From the NCBI RefSeq assembly GCF_009914755.1, contig NC_060935.1: a DNA stretch of 64,000 bases; one strand, given 5' to 3'. The translations under genes and the position numbers were made by a program. Every line of letters starts with the position of its first letter. The stretch's first letter is position 1. The notes beneath the pieces are model-generated. The model made no database searches and was not told the DNA's origin. It was given only the letters and a program-made list of their open reading frames with translations. Below are positions 35,187 to 50,898 of this stretch, piece after piece. Source of the DNA: the human T2T-CHM13v2.0 reference genome, Homo sapiens.

Positions 35187-35919
35187 CACAGACACAGACC
35201 AGCGAAAACTCCAGGCCAAGCTCTGGTGCGTGGGTTCCCAAGCCTGGCTGCACACACAACCAGGGTGCTCTCGGCAATTCCAGCATCTCCATACCCCTGG
35301 AGCCTCTTGTCCTGGTGTGGGCTTCCTGGTGATGTGGGCCAGCCAGGTATGGGTGGAACCGTCCTACTCCCCCTCCAGCCCTAAGCCTGAGCCAGCCTGA
35401 GTCTGGCATGGAGCTCCTGGAGCCAGGTGAGCAGTGAGGGGTGCTTCCAGGGAAGGGGATCCAGTGGCCAGAGGGTCCTGTGGGACCGAGTCGGGCAGAG
35501 GTGGAGGCAGAGGGAGGGAAAGGGTACGAAGGGGGCAGGTTACAGAGCCAAGCAAGAGAAGTCACCGTGGTCCCTGGCAGCCAGGCATTCAGCTGGGAGG
35601 AAGGGTATCCGGGTGGGCGGGGTGCGCATCTCCTACCCACAGGGCATCTCCCCAGCTCCCAGCGCCCCTCACTGCTCACCTGGCTCCAGGAGCTCCATGC
35701 CAGACTCAGGCTGGCTCAGGCTTGGGGCTGGAGGGGGAGTAGGACGGTTCCACCCATACCTGGCTGGCCCACATCACCAGGAAGCCCACACCAGGACAAG
35801 AGGCTCCAGGGGTATGGAGATGCTGGAATTGCCGAGAGCACCCTGGTTGTGTGTGCAGCCAGGCTTGGGAACCCACGCACCAGAGCTTGGCCTGGAGTTT
35901 TCGCTGGTCTGTGTCTGTG
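35187..35919. repeat. Near-perfect inverted repeat: arms 35187-35441 and 35665-35919, 223-bp spacer
   Basis: Manual reverse-complement alignment gives 254/255 identity. Confidence 0.97.
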
Positions 35920-35929
35920 TGGGAGACAG

Positions 35930-36135
35930 AGTGTGCATTCAAGGGTGTGTGTGTGTGCGCGTGTGTGTGTGTGTGCCAGGAAGCATGTGTGGGAGTGCTT
36001 CTCTGCGTGTACATGTGTTGTACATGCTTCTAAAATTATTCATGTGAGTGTATGATTTTATGTCCACATGCATGCATGCGTGTGTTTGTGTAAGTGTGTG
36101 TGTGTGTCCTATGTATGCATGTGCATGTGTGTGTA
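35930..36135. repeat. (TG)-rich simple repeat
   Basis: Runs of gtgtgt and catgcatg. Confidence 0.85.
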
Positions 36136-38741
36136 CAGTAGGGGCTTAGAAGAGCTGACCAGCCATTGATATGGAACAAACAGGGTGACCCCAGCTCCTG
36201 TGTCCCTCCGGACTCTCACACGACATCATGGCCAAGGTCCCCACCGGCCCTGAGTTCCTGCCAGGTGCTCCTGGTTTCTTGCAGACCCCTCCGGGCACCC
36301 AGCCTCGCCCCCATGCCGGTGACTCAATCAGACCTCCGGTCCCCACCCTCTGCCCCCTCCCCCTGGCTCTTGACAGCCTCTGACAAATTAGTCGAGTGAA
36401 AAGCAATAAGAGCGGCATTCAGTTCTCATTAGTCACTCACCGAGGCGGCAGCTGTGCTTTGACAGCAAATCACATCTCCTTGCAAGGCCACAGCCCGCCC
36501 TGGCCCCCCAGCAGTGCCAGTGCCACGGGCTTGGGTGCTAGTCACCTGGCCTGTGGCAGGGAGAAGATGTGGTCCCACCGCTGCTCTGAGCTGAGGCAGG
36601 TCCACACCCAGGGCTCATGTGCTTCATTCCATCTGTGCTGTGACTCCCCTTCCCAGCCACAGGTGTAGACTTGGAGGCCCCACCTGGGGAGATGAGCCCC
36701 GCCTGTGGCCTGCACGGCCCTGGGCTGCGTTCACAGGGGACCTGGGCAGGCAGCTGCATGCATGGAGGATGGTGGGAGGCACTGGGGCATTTGCCCACAA
36801 GATGCAGACTCTGGGAGGGGAGGAGGTGACCTCAATGCCACCTCTCCCAAGGGCGATCAGAGGAAGGAGGCCCAGCTTGGACATACAGGGCCTGAGGAGA
36901 GGGGCCTTGGAGGCAGCCACATACAGACATGGAGGAGAGGCCGCACACTGGGTCAGAGCCGGGGAAACAGAACAGGGGTGCGGAGGACCCCTTGCATCAC
37001 CTAGGACCCGTCTGGCCAGCCACTGTAGGCTCCTCTGCTTGGCCCCACGGCCTCGCCAGGGCCTTCTGTGGCCCCGCCCCTCTTGGCCGGCTGTCCACGC
37101 ACCCTCCACCCTGGGGGCAGCTGGGCTCAGATTTGGGAGCATCCTGGAACAGAGGGGACCCCCTGTGTGTCTCCTGTCCCTGAATCCTGTCCTTCCCTTC
37201 TGCACCTGACTGACTTTGGGGGCCTGCAAGAGCAAGAGCCCCTCGCCCATGGAGTTCACCTCCTGCCACCCTGTGCTCCTGAGGGCGGGAAGGGAGGAGC
37301 AGCCCAGGCCTCCAGTTCTTGTTTCAGATGAGGGTTGGACGTGGCTGCTGAGGTCCCCAGTTGGCCCCACGCTGACACTTTACGGACAACACGGCAGAGA
37401 CCCCCACCGCCTGAGAGAATGCAAAGGTCCCACTGCGGTGAGATGAGTCTCCAGGGGGCTTGGTAACGCTTCCATGGGCAACTCGATCGTAAACATCCTT
37501 ATTTTCCCTCCACCCGTGCTCAGGAGAAACGTGTTGCTCCCTTGGGCTCTGGAAGCCCTGAGCCGATGGGCAGACCTGGAGGGAAGCCCGCAGGTGGCCT
37601 GCTCAGGCAGTGGCTGCTGTGACCGCCTTGTCCAGGGGCTGGTCCAGATGCCCTAGGTTCCCCGAACCAACATCACCACCCCCCCATGGCCGGGTGGCCC
37701 CCTCTCTCGAGGACTCACTGGGCCTGCAGGGGGGCAGCTTTCTCTGCCCCCACCCGTGGGCTGCTGGTTTGGGCCTGGAAGTGCGTCCGCCCCACTCCGG
37801 CCAAGCTCAGTCTCCCCACTCTCCTCAGCCTGCTACCCCATGGGAACCAGCCCGGGCTGGGGCTGAAAGAAGAGCCCCTGGCCCCAGTGAGACCCTCTGA
37901 GCCCCTCCCCAGGTGCCCCGGGCTGGCCCAGCCCAGGTCCTGAGCAGGAGCAGGAAGGAGGAGGTGGGCGCATTCACTTCAGGTACCTCTGCTAATCCCG
38001 GGGCTCGGAGGAGCCCCCACCCCCGGCTGACATTTCCAGGCCGCTGCGTGCCGCTGCCCCAGCCGCCGTGATATTTAGACAGGGCTTGTTTGCCATGTGA
38101 TTACTTTGGGGCCTGGGATGAACTCTACCAACACCTGAGCTTGTCCGCTTTGCTCCAAAGCTTGTTTTTAATACACTCGCTGTCAGCTAAGCCGGCTCCC
38201 TCCAGCTGTGGGGTCCGGTCCCCTCCTGGGCCAGAGGGAGGACTAAGCCCAGGTTTTCCTCAGGAAGACAGATGCCTCCTCACTTTCCACACTGAGGGCA
38301 GGTCCCAGGAGGCTGGAAGGCTCCATCGTCCCCACCCAGCCCCCAGGTGAATGAACTCACTCATTCACTGATTCACGCAGCAAGCATTTCCTGGGTGCCC
38401 TTTGGGAAACAGCACGGAAAGGGAAACAGCACGGTCCCAATTTTGGAGGCTCTCATAGTCTGGGGGAAGGGAGGCCCACGGTCCTCACATCCAGTACAGC
38501 CGAGACCCTGCCAGGGGCGGCCAGGGAGGTGTCTGGAACAGCCCCCTCCAAGTGGGAAGCACATGGCCCCTGTCCCCACCCCAGCATGGCCTTGGGGGTG
38601 GGGGACCTGCCATGCTTCAGGGAGGGTGAGGCCAGTGGCCAGCACAGCACAGTTCGGGGCACACAATGGGGAGGTGGAAGGGCTGTGGTGTGGCCACACT
38701 CCCCTCACCCCACAGTCTCCAAAAGAGGATTTAACTTCTAT

Positions 38742-39040
<299 letters not shown>

Positions 39041-40419
39041 AGGATTCCAAATCCTTGCAAGTTCCCCAGATTCTGGGCCTGGGGAGCCTCCCGGGATCTT
39101 CTGGGCCTCTGTTCTGTCTGCCAAGGCTGCTTTCTAGGGGAGGAAAAGTAACCAGAAACCAGGAGGCCTGAGCTCCTGGCCAGCAGGTCTCAGGGAAACT
39201 AGGGCCTGAGAAGCATCAAGAGCCCTGTCACAGAGCTGGTGGGGCCACAACCCAGGCCACTCCCATCCCCAGGAGCCAGGAGAAACTGGGCGGGCCCTTG
39301 GGATGAAGAACTGTCACCAAGGCTGCTGGGCCCCCCACCCTGTGCAATCAGATTGGGGAGCGAGGGCGTCCCGGAGATGGAGCAGGTGGGGCAGGGTGTG
39401 GACCCTGTGTCCCTGGGGCCCTGGGGGCCACAGGTGTAGGGAGACACCTTGGTCTCTGCACAGCAGCCATAGTGGCTTCTGGCTCCTTCCCTGCACTGTC
39501 AGCCTCAGCCTCAGCCAGTCCGGGTCAGTCCGGGCCAGGCGGGCAGCCAACCCAAGAAAGCCCCTACTCGTGCAGCCGAGGACACAGAGGGGGCAAAAAC
39601 TGCATCCAGGGAAGAAAGGGCTGTGGGCAGGTGCCACAGGCCAGGGCTGAGAGGGCGGGCACCCTCTGTGGAGCCGACCTTGGAGCAAGGCTGCCCGGGC
39701 AGGAGTCTCCCAGCGCAGGGCACGGCCCATGCAGAAGCTTCCGACCGGAGAGCTGGTGGCACGCCCAGGACCCTCCCTCCCGCCAGGGCCTCGGTCCAGA
39801 CCCACCCGTCCTCATCTTAGGCAGGGCTTATTGGCCGTGCGATTACTTTGGGGCCTGGGATGAACTCAGCTGGACGCCTCAGCTTGCCGCCTGTTTTTAA
39901 TAAAGGGTCCCCCAAACAGGGGACCTTCCTTCTGCCCCGCCCCCGCCCCACAGGTCCCCAGCAGCGGCACCTTTCTGCGTGTGTGTGACCGATTCGTTCA
40001 CGTCGACTCCTCCCCTGGACAGAGGCTTCTGGAAAACTAAAGTTGGCCCCTTGGTTCCCCCCTTGCCAGGCAGGGCTGGCCCTCAGAGCCTGGTGGATGA
40101 ACAGACCAGGAGGGAAGTTTGGGAACACCCGGCTCAGAGATGAGAAGAGAGGGTGGATCAGCCGCCACATGGCAAAGCCATGGGCCAGCTCTCCCTGCCA
40201 CGGCCAGTGGACCCGGGACTTGGGTTCTCCAGCATGGGCCCAGGCGGCTCGGAGCAGGGGCTGCTTCCCTCCGGCCCTTTCCCCGAAGCCCGCTCCCTTC
40301 TCCACCCCCGTCCCTGCCCACTCCCCGCAGGCCGGGGTGCACTTGGAGCCCCGAGGACCTCCGAGGCTGTCGCCACCCTCCTCTGTTCTGACTGCTTTCT
40401 ATTACTGGGCTTGTAAAAT

Positions 40420-41542
<1,123 letters not shown>

Positions 41543-41582
41543 TGAGACCCCCCTTTCTGTATACACATACACACACACATAC

Positions 41583-41870
41583 GTTTTTTAAGAGATGGGG
41601 CCTCACTCTGTCACCCAGGAGTGCAGTGGCACCATCATAGCTCACTGCAGCTTCAAACTCCTGGGCTCAAGCAATCCTCCCACCTCAGCCTCCCAAGGAG
41701 CTGGGAATGCAGGTGCGCACCACCACGCCCAGCTAATGTTTTAATTTCTTGTAGAGATAGGGGATCTCCATATGTTGCCCAGGCTGGTGTTGGACTCCTG
41801 GCCTGGGTGATCCTCCTGCCTTGGCCTCCTAAAGTGTTGGAATTATAGGCATGAGTCACTGCACCCAGCC
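41583..41870 (-). mobile_element. AluJ element
   Basis: Reverse Alu with catagctcactgcagcttcaaactcctgggctcaag. Confidence 0.9.
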
Positions 41871-42159
41871 TTCTTTCAATTCTTTTGGGGCTAGACCTAG
41901 AGGTGGCATTGTTGGGCCATGTTGGACCATTACACACTCCCCCCAACAGAGCACAAGACTTCCAATTTCTCTACATCTATATTATTTTTAATTTTAGTTA
42001 CATGAGCAACAGATTCTCCTTTGAACACACACATACACACTTGCACAAACACAAATATAAAAAGGTGCGTGTGCTCCTGGCCCCCCAGCCTGGATACTGG
42101 AGGGTGAGCCCCTTTGGGGAGGAGGGAAATCATGAGCTTATGAGCTCTGGGAGCCCACA

Positions 42160-42560
42160 TTCATGTTCTTAGGAATGCCCCAGCACCTCTCCCGTCACAC
42201 TCCGCCAGCGCGACCCAACAGCGTCTGTCTTCCAGGTCATCATCCACGCCCGACATTACAAAGCTTGAATGACACTTCAGCGGCATCTCAGGTCCGCTTG
42301 CTTCCCGAGCATCTCTACTTCTCCCTCTCTCGAACGATCCCTTCACTTCCTCCCCTCATCTTCCCTTTGGAGCTTACACTTTTCCTGATGAGATGTGGGA
42401 ATTCTTTACGCATTCCCGACATGAATCCTTTTCGGCAGGAAGTATCATCTCCCAGAGCCTGGTCCACCCTTTACCGTGTTTATGGAGACTGTGGTCATCA
42501 AGAAGGCTTGGCAATGATGTGGCTTCGGGGAGCCACGCTTGTCAACCGTCTCCTTTGTGG
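42160..42560 (-). mobile_element. Probable highly diverged L1 (L1ME-like) fragment
   Basis: tgtgggaattctttacgcattcccgacatgaatccttt resembles the reverse L1 ORF2-end consensus. Confidence 0.45.
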
Positions 42561-44549
42561 TTTCTGCCATCTGGATCTTGTCCAACAACCTACCCCAAAA
42601 ACAGCAATGTTCCCCCAAAGAAGGGAAGCACCAGCACCTTTCTCGTGCACACTGGGGTAGGGGACTGTGTTCCCAGAAAAGCACATGTAATGTCATAGCG
42701 CAGTTTTGCATTTAGAAGCAATAGCAACCGATGGTCTATTGTTTCTCTTTTACAAACCACAGATGGTGGGCTGGGCAGAATCTTCTGAATTGGGGTGAAT
42801 GTATCTGTGAGTGCCTGTGCAGGGGAGGCAGCATGGAGGGCATGGCCTCCAGGCAATGCTGATGCTGAGGTTTTGATGTTTATCAAAGGGATCAAGGGTT
42901 AGGAAGGCAGAGAGAGCTGTCAGCTCCACAAGCACTGAGATGCCGCAGGGAGCCCTGCGGAGGGAGCAGGCAGGCCATGCACCCCACCTTCCTTGGGGAG
43001 GGCCTGGGCGCCAGGGCTGGGCGACATGAGGAGGCTGACTCTGTCCAGGCCACCTCGGGATCCCCGCCCCCTGCGCCAGCGCGCCTCTGGAGTGGCTTCC
43101 CATTCGGACCAGAATGGGGACCCTCAGGCTTGCATCCTCTGAGGGTTCGTCTACGGGCACAGGGGGCCTGGGCTGGCCCTGGACTCGAGGCCGATGTCAT
43201 TACCGCTGCCCTGACAGTGTCAGAGCCTGCGCCTGGCTCGCGCTCCAGAGAAGGAGCTGCAAAACTCAGCCTAGATTGGCAGTCTCCCAAGGAAGCTGGG
43301 CGAGGGCGTTCAGCTGGAGCTGGGGTGGGGGCATAGGGAAGGTGGTGGTGCCAGAGCAGGTTTGGCTGTTTGGAAGGGGGTGGGGATGGCAGGATCTCCA
43401 AATGACCTCCTCTGGAAGGAGCCCTTTCCTTCTAGATTCAGCTCCTGGGGTCCCCACCCTTATGATCCTCAGAGTGCTGTATGCCCCCTCCCCACTGTCC
43501 GCCTGGGCAGGGAGCAGTCACGGGGTGGAGCTGGCGTCCAACATCCTGGCCCCTCTTCCTGGCTCCCACCTGGCACCCAGGTGTAAATGGCTGTGGTTTG
43601 GGGCGTTCCAGTCCCTCCCCATCTGACCTCTGCTTGCCACCTTCTCCGATCCAGGCTATTGCCCCCTCAGCCCCAGGGCCTCTCACCTTCTCCACATCCC
43701 CACGGAGAGCTGGGAGTCCAAACAAATCCCACGGTCCATGCAGCCTGCCACAGCTCCATGAGACACCCAGGCTTAGTGAGGACCCCTGAAATGTGTACAC
43801 AGGCCTCACGGTTCTTCCCAGCCACCCTCACTCTATCTCTTTCCAGCAAACACCTCCCAATACAGGTGCTTCATTGATTTCATCAAACGCACGTTGCCTT
43901 GGCCACTCTCTTACTCAAGCACTTTCAATGGCTCCCACTGCCTGAAAATGATGGCATGACCTCAGGTCTTGCCAACGCAGGGCCCCTGGTGGGCCGGACC
44001 CCCCACTCTCTAGCACTTCCCCTCCCCTGCGTCCTTCTGCTCACAACCCCCACGCTCCAGTCTCAGAGCCCATGGGAGGGGCCTCCTTTGACATTAGGAG
44101 TAAAATTTCCAGGCATTTTTAGACAACAACACGTTTGAATATTGACTCTGACCTGCCGTAGATGCCCCGGTAAGCTTATTTTATAAAGGACCCCAGCACA
44201 AAGGCCTTCTCAGCCTGATATCCCTGTGGGCACCACAGGATGGCGCCCAGACGCAAGCACTTGGGCAGCCTTCACCCAGAGGACGCACGTGTGCTCCCTC
44301 GGAGCCTCCAGGTGAAGCCACTGCAACCCCCGCTGAGGAGACAAAAGATGAGGGCGGCCCACCCAGGCCTCCCTGGAGAGGCTGCTGAACCGGGCGGCTG
44401 CATTCGAAGGGCAGCAGAGGCAGGAGCAGGAGGCACGGCCGGGCGAAGGGGGCCCTTCCCAGGATGGCAGCCCGAGAAGGAAGCGGCGCCAGGCAGCCAG
44501 GGACTGACTGCTCTCCATGACAAGCTGCGAACACAAGATATCTAAGTGC

Positions 44550-45835
44550 GTGCACACACACAGACACACACACACACAAACACACCACACACCACATACA
44601 CACCACACACCACACACCACACACACACACAGATGCACACCACACCATACACACACCACACGCCACATACAACACACACAAACCACACACACCACATACA
44701 CACCACACACATGCACACCACACACACCACACCACATCACATACAAACACACCACACACAAACCACACATATACACACCATACACACAAACACCACACGC
44801 CACATACGCACACATACGCACATGCACACCACACACACAAACACCACATGCCACATACACACCACACACACACACCACACACCACATACACACAAGCTAC
44901 ATGCCACACACACCATACACACACCACACACAAACACCACACACACCTACATACATACCATGCCCCACATACACACAAGCTACACGCCACACACAACACA
45001 CACAAACCACACACACCGCACATACCACACACGCCTACATACATACCACATAGACACAAACCACATGCCACATGCAACACACATAAACCACACACCACAC
45101 ACACACCAGACACTACACACACACCACACATACACACCACACACACCACACAACACACACACCTACATACACGCCACACACATGCCACACAAACTACACC
45201 AATCATACACACACACCACAAACACCACACACCACATACACTACACACAATACACACCGCACACACAACACACTTACCTACATACACACCACACACATAC
45301 ACACCACACATACACCACACAAACTGCACAAACCACACACCACACCACACACACCTACAAACACCATGCACATACACACACCACACACACACACCACACA
45401 CCATACATACACCACACGCACATACAGGCACACATAACACACATCATACACATCACACACATACTACACACATACAACACACACATATTACACACTACAC
45501 ACACATACAGGCATACACATGCACATCACACATACACAAACCACATAGTCACACACAACACGCACAGATCACACACACCACACACACCCCACACATACCA
45601 CACACACCACACACACACTTCACACACCCCATACACACCACACATGCAGATACCACACACGCTACACACCACACACACAACCACACACACCCCACACACT
45701 CCACACATACCACACACACCATATACCACACACATCACAAACACACATCATACACACAGCACACTCACCCCACACAACTCCACATGTCACACACATGAAC
45801 ACACCACATACTACACATGCCATACCCACACACGT
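44550..45835. repeat. ~1.3 kb degenerate (CA)/(CACAC) repeat
   Basis: Almost purely C and A on the + strand. Confidence 0.95.
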
Positions 45836-45919
45836 GTGCTCTATCCACACAGCCTCTGGGCGGGGAGGTAGGAACCTGGCACAGGGCTGTCCCGTGGCCC
45901 TGTTGTGTGTTCGTGGAAT

Positions 45920-47610
<1,691 letters not shown>

Positions 47611-49197
47611 TATAACACAAATAAAGGGAGAAAAGCATGTTGACAAAGAGACCCCAGAGCGAACTCTTCTGCTGGATGGCGGGCTGCCTCACGTGTTTTT
47701 CTTTGCCAGGCCTGGAGTTTCCACCGCAGTCAGCGTGCACAGAGGCCTGGGCTGGAGGCAGAGACCGGCCGGGTCAGTGGCAAGGCTGTCTCTCAGCAAC
47801 CCTGGGGCAGAGCAAGCAGCTCCTCCCGGGAGGCCAGGGGGGCACTGGACACAGGCCCACTCAGGGGCCGGGCAGCTGGTGGGCACACCCCCCGGGTGCT
47901 GGGAGTGCACAGCCACTGAGGCAGCACCTCAGGGAGCCCTGGGGCGTGTCCCCTCTGGGTCTACACAGCACTAAGGCCGCCCCTGGGGCATAAGGTCGGC
48001 AGCCTGCCTGCCACGGCACTGCGCTGCCTGTGCCCTCCTCATGGGCAGAGTGGGCATCCAGAGCCTGGCAGGACCCCCTCTGGCTTGTTGTCCACAAGTC
48101 CCCAGTTACACAGCCCAGGCCGGCTTCCGAGGGGCACGGTGACAGAGCCTCTCCCCGCCCTCTGCAGGAAGCCAGGAAAGAAGGGTGGACCCTTCCCGTT
48201 CCAGGCTGCTCCCGCCCCACAGGGATGGCCGTGTTGGCGGTGAAGCCTGAGGCTCAGGGTCCAGGCAGAAAGCGCTGGTTCCTCCAGACTGCCAAGCGCG
48301 GTTGCTATTTATTTCTTCTCCATTAAAAGCCTCGGGACCGTTTATTGATTTCTTGCTAAGATGTGTTATCGTCCATGATACAGCAAAGTGAACAAAACTG
48401 GAGAAAACAGGGGCAGAGGCGAAGGCGAACGCACACGTGGCCGCCCTGCTAATGGGGCTCTGAGCATCTTGTTTCGCTGTCACCGCAGGTGGCCTTGCTG
48501 CCATCATCCCGCTGCGTGTCAGAAACCTTTTCCATGGCGTCTGTATCAATCCGCTTTTAACAAGGAGGAAGGAAGGGCCCGAGCCCGTGCCAGCTGCCTG
48601 GGGGTGAGGGCTGCCTGCCCCTGGGCCTTCGGCTGAGTAGGTTTGGAAAGCACTCCCTTTGTCTAATTACGCCTGATCCGGTATCCAGGGAAACAGCTGC
48701 ATCTTAATCCTCAGGGCAGGACGTTAGTTTGTCTTTTATCTGTCCACAATCGGCACCGGGGCCACGTGGAGCCAAATTGTGTTGACTTCTTGCACGCACG
48801 CGGAGGCTAATTGCAGGGACACGGAAAGCCAGAGACCCCTGAGAGTGGAGCAGCCTCCCAGTGTGCAGGGGGCAGAGCCGGGGGCTGCCCATGCTGAGCA
48901 AGCCCAGGGCACCTGCCTGGCGGGAAGGTCGGGGTGGAGGAAGCGGATGCAGGTGGCTGAGATTGCAGAGGGAGAAAGCAAAGGAGGAAGGAGAGAGAGG
49001 GAAGGAGGAGGATGAGGGAGGGGAAGGAGGAGGCCCTGAGGCTGTCTCAGGGAGGGGCCTGGGGCCTAGGACTCTGCGGAAGAGGAACAGAACTGTTCCC
49101 CAGTCCCCTTTGTCTGTTGACTTTGTCACCAGGCACATGCTAACCTTTCGGTGGACGAGGGTGTTGGTGGCTTCAATTTGTTATTGAGGAAGCACAG

Positions 49198-49494
49198 ATT
49201 TTTGTTTTCGTTTTGAGACAGGTCTCTCTCTGTCACCCAGGCTGGAGTGCAGTGGCAGGATCATGGCTCACTGCAATCTCCATGGCCTCAATCAATCCTC
49301 CGACCTCAGCCTCCTGAGTAGCTGGGACTACAGGTACACGCCACCATGCCCTGCGAATTTGAAAACAATTTTTTGTAGAGACGGGGTCTCACTGTGTTGC
49401 CCAGGCTAGTCTCAAACTCCTGGGCTTAAGCGATGCCCCTGCCTTGACCACCCAAAGCATTGGGATTACAGGCTTGAGCCACCACACCTGGCCT
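49198..49494 (-). mobile_element. AluJ element
   Basis: Reverse Alu consensus; cacag(a/t)tttt flanks. Confidence 0.9.
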
Positions 49495-50741
49495 GAAACC
49501 ACAGTTTTTTAACTGAAAAAATAGGTATATATATATTTACGATTAAAAGAGTAACCCCACGCTCACTAGAAAAATGCAAAAGATACAGAAATGCATAAAG
49601 AAACCAAATGGCCTCAGAACTCCTAAAGCAAACACACGGACTAGGTAAAGTCCCCTGGGGAACAATCTGTGACCCCTCCTCCCCGAGCCTGGATAAATCA
49701 GGTGCCCTGTGTGGACACCCCATGGGACACGAGATTCAAAGTGGTGGCTATGTCTGGGGAAGGAGGGAAGGAGGGAGGGAAGCACAGTGAGCCAGGGGCG
49801 TGGGCAGGGCTGGTTTCTTGTTCTTTAAATCAAGGTGCACATGAGGCTAAGTCCAGGTTTGACAGAGCTGGGCGGTGGCCACTCCATGGTGCTGGTGATG
49901 ACTATCTTTGTGAACCGAGACGGCCAATCATTAACATCCCCTAGACCCTTGGGGTACACCCTGGAGGGGCCCCTGCTAGGTGTGGTGTGACTTCTCAGGG
50001 GGGAAGCAGAAATGCACCCTCCTGGGTCACCCCCTCCAGGCTGAGACCCGAGGGGGTCTCAGTTCACTGTGACCTCGGCAGCGAGAGGTCCCCAGCCATA
50101 GGCCCTGTGGTCCAGCCAGGGCTCCCGACCTCCCAGCTCCCCGCCCCCCCATATTCCACACCCAAAGGAGGTGATTTTTCTCTCAGAAAGCGGGGGCTTG
50201 TTGGCTTAACCTGGGACACTCCTGGCCCGGCAGTCAATAGAGCAGCTGTCTCCAGGCTGGCCGAGGGCATGCCCGTGGGCAGGGGTCCATGTCGTGAGCT
50301 ACCAGGGTGCCCCCCATGGTTGGGTGCTCTCCCCACAGCACAAAAACTCGGCTCCAAGGAGGATCAGCCATTCCCGGAGGGAGTGGAGGCTCAGGGACCC
50401 CCCACCAAGGGCCTGGTCTGGGGCAGCTGGGACTGAGCAGTCTTCTTCAGGGGAGCAGCCTTGGGAACCCCAGAAGGCAGAGCCCGGTGTCTTGAGCTGA
50501 CTCTGCAGGGGGGTGCACAGCGGCCGACCACTGCATGTGGGCCCCCCTCCCTCCCTTTCTCCCCTGTTTCCAGGGGTAAGGCTGGCTACAGCCCTGCCCA
50601 CTGAGGGGCCAGTGTTGTCCTGGGCATCAGGCACTGGTGCAGGGTCTGACAGTGTCTAGGTAAACAGGAGAGAGGCTGCCTGGGGGCAGCTCAGAGGCCA
50701 GAACAGGGTTGGCCCTGGGGAGGTTGCTGTGTAAAAACGAG

Positions 50742-50898
50742 GCCCAGCTTGGTGGCGCATGCCTGTAATCCCGGCCACTCAGGAGGCTGAGGCAGGAGAA
50801 TAGCTTGAACCAGGGAGTCAGAGTTTGCAGTGAGCCGAGATTGTGCCACCGCACTCCAGCCTGGGCCACAGAGTGAGACTCCGTCTCCTCAAAAAAAA
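50742..50898 (+). mobile_element. Alu right-arm fragment
   Basis: ggtggcgcatgcctgtaatccc...gagtgagactccgtctc followed by an A tail. Confidence 0.9.

Noticed and set aside
34585-36055. Identical peptides in ORFs on opposite strands (TDTDQRKLQAKLWCVG...)
   Set aside because: A consequence of the DNA inverted repeat, not duplicated genes.
44181-45871. 419-aa and 441-aa ORFs
   Set aside because: Low-complexity CA repeat.
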